DNA of 64,000 nucleotides, from assembly GCF_963676685.1 (NCBI RefSeq), contig NC_092344.1, forward strand, positions 48,298,001 through 48,362,000, in the 5' to 3' direction. The notes beneath the pieces were generated by a model that saw only the letters and a list, made by a program, of their open reading frames with translations, did not search any database and was not told the DNA's origin. Made by a program: the position numbers and the translations under genes. Source of the DNA: Mytilus edulis (lineage: Eukaryota). This document shows positions 54,032 through 64,000 of the stretch, in pieces (the first letter of the stretch is position 1; every line of letters begins with the position of its first letter).

Positions 54032-54367
54032 TGATAAGGTCTTTGCATCGGAACTAAACACATTTATTCTAAAAACAGTTGTTGGCATGACACGGGTTAT
54101 GTTCTTCTCATATGTTATGATGCTATGATACTAATCCCCTAACGGAAAGAATTGTGCCTGATGTTCATATGATGAAATCATAATCTTTCAGTCAGTTTAA
54201 TTGAAGTCTGGAGCTGGCATGTCAGTTAACTGCTAGTAGTCTGTTGTTATTTATGTATTATTGTCATTTTCTTTATTTTCTTTGGTTACATCTTCTGACA
54301 TCAGACTCGGATTTCTCTTGAACTGAATTTTAATGTGCGTATTGTTATGCGTTTACTTTACTACATT

Positions 54368-54458
54368 GGTTAGAGGTATAGGGGGAGGGTTGAGATCTCA
54401 CAAACATGTTTAACCCCGCCGCATTTTTGCGCCTGTCCCAAGTCAGGAGCCTCTGGCC
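54368..54458 (+). ncRNA. P5-type twister-like ribozyme (best-preserved copy)
   Basis: P5 ggttagaggt/gcctctggcc; P2 GGGG/CCCC; GA-GGG pairs with CCC in L4; T|AA at 54411/54412; P3 gca-tttt-tgc; P4 CCTG/CAGG; L4 TCCCAAGT. Confidence 0.75.
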
Positions 54459-55468
54459 TTTGTTAGTCTTGTATTATTTTAATTTTAGTTTCTTGTGTAC
54501 AATTTGGAAATTAGTATGGCGTTCCTTATCACTGGACTAGTATATATTTGTTTAGGGGCCAGCTGAAGGACGCCTCCGGGTGCGGGAATTTCTCGCTACA
54601 TTGAAGATCTGTTGGTGACCCTCTGCTGTTGTTTTTTATTTGGTCGGGTTGTTGTCTCTTTGACACATTCCCCATTTCCATTCTCAATTTTACTTCAAAA
54701 GGAAAATATAAAAATCTTATTCAGTGACATCAAACAAGACAAAAGAAGGAGTTGTTAATTTTTTTTTATAGTGTTGGACAAAGAGAAACAATCAAGCAAT
54801 CAATTACTTGTACTAATCAACATTCGTTTTATACATACGGATAATTATGTCTGTACCAAGTCATGATTATGACAGTTGTGTTTCATTCGTTTGATGTGAT
54901 TAAGCTTTTGATTTTACCATTCAATAAAGGACTTTCCTTTTCGGATGTTTTTGGAGTTCGGTTATTATGCAATTTTACTTTGATCTTATCTGTAACAAAA
55001 ACTGTTTGGAAAAGATTAATTCACATGTGTGGACAATTGATCGGAGACTCTACACACTGGAAAGACGGAAGGTGGATTTAATCAAACGAAATTTATGCAG
55101 TACATTAATCGTCAGATATTCATGTCACTATGAAATTTATCTTTCAGTTCGATGCAAAAGGTGAGGCAAGAATCAAAGATTTGAACTAAGAATAATTATT
55201 ATGCAAAAGTTCCGTAAACATGAATTTCTAACTCTTTCGGGTTTAAATATAAAAAAGAATATGTGGTATGATTGCCAATGAGACAACTCTCCACAAGAGA
55301 CCAAATACATAGAAATTAACAACTATTACAGGTGACGAGGAAACCCATACCGCATACTTGGCTATAAAAGGTGTTACTTTTTTTAATTTGTTACGTGTAA
55401 CATTGGAATGAGATGTTGAGATGGGGACAAGTCAATAAAAGATTGTTTTAATTCAAGACAATTTCTTG

Positions 55469-55751
55469 TTTTTATACCCCACTTAGGGAAATTATGTTTT
55501 TCAGTCTGTGAGTTAGTCTGTTCGTCCGTCAGTCCGTCTGTCCCGCTTCAGGTTAAAGTTTCTGGTCAAGTTAATTGTTGATGAAGTTGAGGTTCAAATA
55601 ACTAGAAACTTAGTACACATGTTACCTATGATATTATCCTTTTTATTGTAATGTCAAATTAGAGTTTTTTTATCCAAATTTCACGGTCCACTAAAAAATA
55701 GAAAATGATAGTGCTAGTGGGGAATCTGTGTACTATGGACACATTCTTGTC
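55469..55751 (+). mobile_element. short HINE/DINE-like element
   Basis: subTIR ccccact/agtgggg, (gtcc/gtct)n microsatellite, 3' hairpin gtgt..acac, ttcttgt end. Confidence 0.6.
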
Positions 55752-58096
55752 TTTTTCTCTCGAGTCATTCAGTAAAATTTTATATTTTACATACATTTAT
55801 ATTACATTATAAAAGCGTACATTTCCAGTTCTAAAATCGTTTAATTACATGTTGATTTCTTGAATAGTATCTGAAATAAAAAGTGAATATCATACATTGT
55901 GAATATGCATAATGAAAAAAAATTCTAACGTTCTTTTGTTGTTTTCGGTTTATTTTGTGTATTGCTACATATACAACCCTAATGCGTTTCCTGTAGTTAT
56001 AAACATTTAAATTGATTTTAATGACTTGTATGGGAAAGCCAATTCAAATATGGCTGATAAATTGTTTGGATTTTTGAATAGATAAAAACAGTTCAATTAT
56101 AGTTTAAAATGAAATCAAATAAATTTTAGATTTAAAGTAAATAAAAATAGGATGCCCATATAATTTTCCCATTGTATGAATTTAAGTACAATATTCACCT
56201 CAAATATATAGCTACACTTTTTGTGTAAATTCTTAGACTTTTGAAAATATCACTGAGAACAATTTCAGTTCCTTCATTTTTATGTAATTTTATTATGTCA
56301 CTCAAAATTTTAAATAGTATACCATAAGTTAACAAACAAATAGTTTTTTTATAAAATTATAATGAATTTATTTGATCATTCCATGAAAAGTTTTAAAAAA
56401 AAATACTTAAATACTTAATGAACAAAAATCTTTTGAAAAAAGAAATCGATAAAAACGTATTTATCTTGCTATCCACAAATTCATATTAAAAAATGGACAA
56501 TTACATTTTTGTTCAATAGAAAGATGTCATGGGCCAAATCTGGATATCTGTCAATGAAATCTCAGTAGCGCGACGCCAAGGAATTAATATATATTTTTTT
56601 ACGCTATTTCCCTTTAGTAACCTGCTATTATATAGCAGATAAAAGGAATAAAGAACATGAAAAAGTAATTTTAAAGACAACTAATGTTTACATAAAAGGT
56701 TCCATTTCTGAATATATATATTTTACAGGAAAAAAAAATAAATCTTTTAAGTGACAGTGACGGTACAAAATCAAGCAACAGCTTGTAAATGAAGTTTGAA
56801 AATTGTACAATTATTTTTTTTGCAAAGTGACAGATAGACATGCAAAAAAGATATGTGGCGTTTATATTCCTTTTTTTTTATATCCACTCGTTTTTCAGTA
56901 GTAAAGTGGCATCGGCCGAATATGATTTTTTTGTCATTTGAAACTCAGTAGCCCGACGCCATGTATTAAATATTTTTGCGTTATTTCCCTTTTAAGGTAC
57001 TTGCTATTATATAGCAAAAAAACCCCACTAAATATAAAAAAAAAAGATGTGTTATGATTGCAAATGAGACAACTCTCGACAAGAGACCAACATGACACAC
57101 AAATTAACAACTATAGGAAACCGTTCGGCCTTCAACAATGAGCAAAGCCCATACCGCATAGTCAGCTATCAAAGTCCCCGAAATGATAGACGGTGGCAGG
57201 ATAAAAACAAAAGTAAAGGAAATAGACTGATTGAATGTTGGTGTTTTAACGCCACTTTTAAGCGCCATTTTCCGGCTATTTCTATATATAAGAAATAGAA
57301 CATTAATAATCATGATAATGGAATCAGTAGAAATCTATGAATAAGTAGACACATATATGATTAAAATAAGGCAGATGAATAAATAATTTCAAAGACAAAG
57401 AAAATCCCGCACACGGAGGGGTTATTCAGCTGGCCACTAATAAAAAAATGTATACTAGTCAACAAAAGAAACGATACACGACTTTAGAATAAAATTTACC
57501 AAAAAGTATTAAAACTAAAACAAAATGAGATACACTATTTTAACAAGCTTTCATTTGAAATATATGCACACATGATAATGAAAATCAAAACCTGTCGGAA
57601 AGTAACTACATTCCATGTAAACGATCATAGGGTGCAAATTATTTTTGCGAAAAGTTGGACACAAAATCGACAAATAATTTTCTAAGTACTAAAAGTGGGA
57701 CGAAAGATACCAATGCATTTTCAAATTTGTTTAAAATATTCAATATGCGTATCAAGTAATGTTCATAGTGTCACTAATGGGTTGATATATTGTTTTTTTT
57801 TTATTTTTGGTAAAAAAAATCCGCGAAGCGGATGATGTAAAATGTGAAGAGTCAAAAATTAGTTTTATATATGGTTCAATAAAATCAAAATAAATAAATT
57901 TCTATCAAAACTAAGGCTCAAAGAACTGTTTATATTATTTATATTAACAATAACAACGTACTCACATGTTGGCGTATGAATACACAGCGTCAAAGTGGGC
58001 GTGTCGCCATCAACATTTATTTATATACAAATAAATAGAAAAGACTCGTCTTATAGTCTGTCGCTTTTTGAAAAAAACCCGGATTGAATTTATGTA

Positions 58097-58432
58097 TGTT
58101 CCGGACCATATGAGTATTTGGACCATATGCGTATACTCATATGGTCTGACCATACGCGTATGGTCCGACCGTACGCGTATGGTCGGACCATATGAGTATA
58201 ATACTCGTTTGGTTATTATTGGACGATATGAGTATTTGGACCACATAGGTTTTTTTTTAAAATTACTTTATAAAAGTTTCAATAATACAAAAACTTTATC
58301 TAAAAAACCCATGATGGTTACATGACAACGTATTATTTTCATAATTCAATTACTACATAAAAATTAAATATTGATGCCATAGTAAGTCATGACCATACGC
58401 GTATGGTCCAAATACTCATATGGTCCGGAACA
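58097..58432. mobile_element. MITE with TGT...ACA ends and 4-bp TSD (Ginger-like)
   Basis: TIR tgttccggaccatatgagtatttggaccata; TGTA duplicated at 58093-58096 and 58433-58436; internal palindromic ccatacgcgtatgg repeats. Confidence 0.85.
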
Positions 58433-58699
58433 TGTATTCTAGCGGCAATTCAGGATCTTTTATCTTCGTACTCTCACAGAACATATTGGAGAATCTTTTT
58501 TGTTTGTCTAGTGGTGCAATTGTTATTTACTATGAATGAGTATTCACAGAAATTAATGTCTCTTTAAATATGTGTCTTCTCTAAAATAAAGAAATACTAT
58601 TTATGATATCAATTGTACGACCCTCTAACCATTTGACCTATGAAGGTATTTTCACTAAAGTTACAATGTATACAATAGCTTAAACTCTCTTTTGCATTT

Positions 58700-59115
58700 T
58701 AAATTTCTGATTCTAGCGACACTGATGAGTGTATTTAGACGAAATGTCCGTATGCCATACACAAATTATCAATCTGTTATCTAGTTAGTCTTTTGTAAAA
58801 CCACTGAGTCCTCCCGTCTCCCATTGTATGATAAGCCCAGGAAACAGCACGTCTGTGTTGACATAGATCATCATTGAAATGGTAATATAAATTAGTAAAC
58901 TATTAAACAAAGCTTTGAATTGTTCGAAATACTAGGGCTTCCCTCTCTCAGGAATATATTACCATGATTACCTCAGCTGTTTAAGTGAAATCTTTCAATT
59001 AATTATTTTAAACTTAGGTCTTTCTTTTCTATTTAAGCATCACTGATAAGCCTTTTGTTGACAAAACGCATCTCTGACGTACAAAATTATAAGCTAGGAA
59101 TCTTTGATGAGTTCT
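58700..59115 (+). mobile_element. old retrozyme-like unit with two decayed hammerheads (~58716-58757, ~59037-59080)
   Basis: ctgatgagtgtatttagacgaaa and ctgataagccttttgttgacaaaac, with spacer homologous to 41350-41680. Confidence 0.7.
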
Positions 59116-60299
59116 TTTTAATAAGAGTCTATAGGCCAAGAGCTGTTGATACTGTTTTCAGATATATATTGCTTGCATATCATACAGTATAAAATTACTC
59201 TGCCATAAAGATTGCAAAAAAATAATAAATCATTAAGTCTACACGCTCGGCAACAACTAATTAAAATATCATAAAATATCATATGTATGTGGTAAAATAT
59301 GTGTTTAAATGTATGCATTCCATTCAAAAATCAAAACGTTTTCCTGTTTTTCGACATACATTTTTACAAAGTATATTGACGCAGAAGAATTGTGTGATTT
59401 GAAATAAAATAAAAAAAAGTATTTCTACAAACGGCTGGATTAATCTTTATAGTTAGAATAAAATGAATGCTATATCTAAATCTAAAGAAGTAACCTATAA
59501 CATGTATAAGGAATTCGAAAAAAACAGATTTCAGCGAATCTAAAAATCATTTTTTAATTTGCCTGAACGAAAGTAGTTTGCATGCATTGTACCTAACACA
59601 AGAGAAATTAGTCTCGGTGTTTTCAGTTACCCTGATGAAAACATTTCTATTTCTATTTTGAAATCAATATATATCTATCCAAATTTAACTGGTCTCAGTC
59701 TTATTGTTCACCGTGATCATATGAGCATATAACTTCTATCATACACAAACTTAGTTGGTTGTATGATCTGTTAGGTGTTTAAATTGATTTGAAAGGGATA
59801 ATCAATAGAGACAATGTTCACAATAAAGGCAACAGTATTATGCCGGTTGTAAAAAGTCACAAATCGATTGAGAGATAACAAAACTGGGTTACAAACTATA
59901 ACCGAAGAAAACACATAAACTTTTTGATTATAATAGTGTCATGTTTCACATTTAACTACAGCTCCCTTAAAAGCATGATGTATACTTGCCTTGGAAAATG
60001 AAATTGGGATGGGGAAATAGCAAAAAAAGTCGAATCGAATATCTTTTTATTGTTTCGGTCATTATAAGTAAAAAGAAGGGAGAAGTGTTCAGCTCTAATT
60101 TAGCTATAATATGTGTAAATCTATATTACTTTTAATTTTTGAATGCAATACTCGAATGCAACAGTATGTATTTTTTTTTAAATACACACACAGTCTGTTG
60201 CTTGCTGGGAAAAGCTATCACCTGTGAAGATCTCGGATAAGGTAGATCATTGAAATAACAAAACGTATTCAACTTTATTTAAGTTCAGTACAAAAGTTT

Positions 60300-60870
60300 C
60301 ATTTTCATGTGCATGTCTATCAATTATCAATGATGGTCAGAACAAATTAGATGAAACTTGATTTAGGAACAAAAAGAACTTTATACTTGATACGAGATGT
60401 GAACACAGGACAAAACAAAGATGTCTTACCTGTCAATAAACCTGTAAAAGTCGTTTTTTTCATATGACGTTTCTTCCTTTACTTTCAATTTATTTTGAAA
60501 AACCAAGATTTATAGGGAAACTTATGTATCTCGTTTTGGATCTCTTATTGACAATTGAAACAATGTGTATTAGATTAATTAAATCTCTTTTTTTCCTACT
60601 CCTAGCAGATTCATGTGAAAGAAATGGATTTTGAATTAGTCTGATTAGGTATTGCCGAATTTCTTACAATTGTTGCGTCTGGACCTCTAGCACTCTTAGC
60701 ACCACAGCTTTCATAATTATCTATGCTCTTTACTGACATTGAATTTAGTACCGTGTTTGATATATTAGTCATTATAAGTCTATGAATTTCCCTCCGTTAT
60801 GAAAATGTTTTGGTGTCAAATTCCGCAGAAAAATTTGTTAAATATTGTCGTGTACAAAGACTTGAAGCAA
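60300..60870 (+). pseudogene. internally deleted nAChR-like pseudogene related to 49893-51218
   Basis: LIRDVNTGQNKDVLPVNK, HMT, SSFTFN-LF*K, LLLADSCERNGF*, EKFVKYCRV segments match the neighbour; stops and frameshifts present. Confidence 0.8.
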
Positions 60871-61729
60871 AGGGAAGTAAGCTTCTTTTAATTTGCTTTA
60901 AATGGATGTAGATGTAATCCAGAGGTTGGCAATCAAAACGTCTACTACTTATATGTTATAGTTGGCTATACAGTTTTGGCCATGCTCATTGTTGAAGTCC
61001 GTACAATAACCTATAATTCTTAATTTCAGTGTCATTGATAATTGTCTCATTGGCAATCATATTACAACTCTTTTTTTTCAAACATTTGAATGAACTTTGT
61101 TTATTGTCGATTTTTGTTTAAAAGCTCATGAATAGTTTTGTCTTTTGAATTATTCCATATTATGTCATACCGAGACCTTTTAAGACTTGTCATAAGTTGT
61201 ATGTTATTTGTTTACTTGAAAACCAAATAAAGTTTGCTGATGAAACTTAAGATAAGTGCTCTTACCACTATAAAGATGTATTTCGTTTCAGAAATACCAT
61301 ATATATGTACATTGAATGCGATTGGCAGACCTAGCCACTCATGTAAATATATGATTCTAAAATCAAAACTCAATATAGTTAAATGATAAAATTTGAAATG
61401 ATTGTGCCAAGAACAGTTTTTTCAGCTCTCTTCTTTATTACCCCTGAGACAAAAAAAAAACCCAAATCATTATACAACCAAATGCATCACAGAAGATTTT
61501 TTTTTTATTTTCGATAACTCGATTAACTGGTTGTCTCTACATTAATATTGTACAATATCAGTTTTCGACACAATATAGAGCCCTATTTTTTTTATTAGTT
61601 CGCTATGATCTCTTGACATAAACTTCATATTGTGATTCGCAGCTGAATTTTTCGATATCATGCCAGCAGTATGAGTTCTTTTTTTTTATGATATTTCTCC
61701 TATTTATAATGGCTGAAACACGTATGTTA

Positions 61730-62143
61730 CTTATGGTGAAGTTGAAATCATCCCTTCGTAAATTTTACGGACGCCATCACGAGTTGGTTGACCGTTATGG
61801 AATAACCGTTTCACAAATGATATCGGATATGTTCCTTACGTCGTAACTACAATCCCCTTTCATGAATATGACCTACCGAATTAGACTATTTACCGGATTT
61901 GTAATCACTTAAGCAACACGACGGGTGCCACATGTGGAGCAGGATCTGCTTACCCTTCCGGAGCACCTGAGATCACCCCTAGTTTTTGGTGGGGTTCGTG
62001 TTGTTTATTCTTTAGTTTTCCATGTTGTGTCGTGTGTACTATTGTTTTTCTGTTTGTCTTTTTTATTTTTAGCCATGGCGTTGTCAGTTTGTTTTAGATT
62101 TATGAGTTTGACTGTCCCTTTGGTATCTTTCGTCCCTCTTTTA
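61730..62143 (+). mobile_element. 3' fragment of a retroelement (possibly Penelope-like RT C-terminus plus structured 3' region)
   Basis: MVKLKSSLRKFYGRHHELVDRYGITVSQMISDMF resembles the C-terminal helix of PLE-type RTs; class is inferred. Confidence 0.55.
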
Positions 62144-62147
62144 CTTA

Positions 62148-62620
62148 AATAAACTTATCACAGATACCAGGATTACAATTTAATTTGAGCACCAGACGCG
62201 CGTTTCGTCTGCAAAAGACTTTCGAATCAAGTGATGTTCGAATCAAAATAAGTTGAAAAGGCCAAATGAGTACGAAGTTGAAAAGCAGTTAGGATAAAAA
62301 AAAATCCTAAACGTTTTGCCAAAACAGCCAAGGTTCGGTGTTATGTCGTTGTTCTCCTCTTATATTTAATGCGTTTCCCTCGGTTTTAGTTTGTTACCCC
62401 GATTTTGTTTTTTGTCCATGGATTTATGAGTTTTGAACAGCGGTATACTACTGTTGCCTTTATTTATCTATTCCTGATGAGGTAGAAAGCCTTAGAATTT
62501 CAAAAATTCAAAGTTTTGTTAACAGCTAATTTGTAATATGACCATATCGATGATAAATAATGTCAACACAGAAGTGCTGACTACTTGGTTTGTGATACCC
62601 TCAGGAAATAAAAACTCCAC
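62148..62620 (-). mobile_element. retrozyme-like unit (hammerhead core disrupted), interrupted by another repeat at ~62335-62466
   Basis: ccagacgcgcgtttcgtct is the reverse complement of the hammerhead 3' half; remainder homologous to 41400-41764. Confidence 0.75.
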
Positions 62621-63480
62621 TTAAAGAGACGTTATATTATTGGTGTCTCCTTACTTTGTTAAAACAACTGTACCGCTGTTTTTGAATCAATATAATTAAC
62701 TGTTCAAACTTATTGGATTATTTCCCTTGCTATCGTAATTACTACATCAAACAAACAAAAAATGGAATATTGACACGAAGCAAGTATATGAACACCCCGA
62801 CAATAATAACATTATTGACGGATGTTTTGCGTTAATTGAAAAATGATGAGATGTAATTGCAACGTTAACCTTTGATTTAACAGGAAGTAGAGATGACTAT
62901 TACATAAGTATTTGCTTGTGAATGGAATATATTAATCAGCCTATACGTCTTACTTCCTTAAGAGTCTAGGTTCTGTGATAAGATTAGCACATCATAATTA
63001 ACTTTGAAATGCATTTTACCTCATTTCATACTGGATTGATTTGAAGTAGATAAATATTCTTTTTTTTTAATTGGGCCTTATTGTTATTACATCTTTTATT
63101 TGCAAATTCATATTGATTATTTCAACTTCTAGATAATCACGATTCCGAAACCAATCTTCTTTATTAGTAAAATTAATGGAGAGAAATAGAAAAGAAATAT
63201 GTCCATACTTCTTTTTATTGTTTTCGGGTAGTTAGAGTAGACATCAAAGATGCGTGATGGATACGTAAAGCATTCGGAATGACTTAAACCTAAAATTTGT
63301 TTTTGAAAAATTAATGTACCAGGATGCAACATGTTTTTCCACAACTATGTATTTCTTATTTTACTGTCTATTGATAGCTCTATTGAATAGTGTAACCACC
63401 TTTGAAATATCTAGGAAACAAAGTATTTCTATATGTATATACATTTCATGCGGAATTGAACTTGAATTCGTTAAGTAGTA

Positions 63481-64000
63481 ATGGTTTCATATGTGTGTTT
63501 AATAATAATCACATTGACATGTCTCGCATGGACAAAGGCCAATCAGCACAAGACAGATAAACCAGATTTGGACAGAAATAGGAGTGTTCATGACTTGATG
63601 CTAGAAGTGACCATAGAAAGAAACAATAAGGTATTACCTGTCAATAAATCGGGGGCACCAGTGGGCGTTTCGTCATTGAGGGTATTACCATCCCAGTAGT
63701 CAACACTTCGGTGTTGACATGAATATCAATTATGTGGTCATTTTTATAAATTTCCTGTTTACAAAACTTAGATTTTTTCGAAAATCTTAGGATTTTCTTA
63801 TCGCAGGCATAGATGATTTTAGCCGTATTTGGCACAACTTTTTGGAATTTCGAATCCTTAATGCTCTTTTACTTGTTTAGCTTTATAAGTATTTTGATAT
63901 GAGCGTCACCGATGAGTCTTATGTAGACGAAACGCGCGTCTGGCGTACTAAATTATAATCCTGATAACTTTGATAACCAGTTATTATCATTTTTATTTTA
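63481..64000 (+). pseudogene. 5' end of another nAChR-like gene, disrupted by a retrozyme-like insertion
   Basis: signal peptide, then HDLMLEVTIERNNKVLPVNKSGAPV matching QELIKNVTNGRNKEVRPVNNWDEPV; resumes as PVIII after the insertion. Confidence 0.75.
63663..63975 (+). mobile_element. retrozyme-like insertion with hammerhead at 63903-63946 (CCGATGA core variant)
   Basis: ACCAGT duplicated at 63657-63662 and 63976-63981. Confidence 0.82.

Larger units (their letters stand above)
51957..54691 (+). mobile_element. 3' fragment of a retroelement-like repeat (possibly Penelope-like), split by an L2 insertion
   Basis: reading frame ...KLTKPLNRLIKKGYNYGTVVKSLKIAYFGVNIESLI continues as RSLHRN* after 54037; followed by a structured 3' region; class is inferred. 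Confidence 0.55.

Noticed and set aside
54032-54063. Start of the 213-aa RT ORF (MCLVPMQRPYQ)
   Set aside because: Lies outside the L2 TSD; chimeric read-in from the host repeat
56520-57020. Degenerate local duplication (~380-bp spacing); similar small one at 24990-25260
   Set aside because: Only ~100 bp alignable, with no ribozyme core or element ends; ordinary local duplication

Overview
AT-rich eukaryotic genomic DNA from an animal, most likely a bivalve mollusc (mussel-like; inferred from the repeat families and expanded gene types). Genes: (1) a 3-exon, ~212-aa uncharacterised gene on the minus strand (exons 19110-18773, 8103-7914, 7132-7022) that the ORF track shows only in pieces; (2) a RING-less B-box/coiled-coil/beta-propeller (TRIM-like) gene at 23126-24721; (3) a cluster of intronless, divergent nicotinic-receptor-like (Cys-loop) genes: three intact, one deleted pseudogene, and one disrupted by a ribozyme-bearing insertion. 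Two of the intact genes lie in a segmental duplication (~30.1-38.85 kb and ~40.35-44.4 kb), so filled and empty insertion sites can be compared directly. The rest is dense in mobile DNA: L2/CR1 LINE remnants, MITEs, Helentron-like elements, minisatellites and a tandem dimer of a TIR element. The most notable signal is self-cleaving RNA motifs in the repeats. These are minimal type I hammerhead ribozymes in ~375-nt retrozyme-like units, and several circularly permuted (P5-type) twister-like ribozymes. The twister-like copies covary with each other, have an unusual double-palindrome in place of P1, and sit in the 3' region of a retroelement-like repeat. All structures were read by eye; no searches or folding programs were run.
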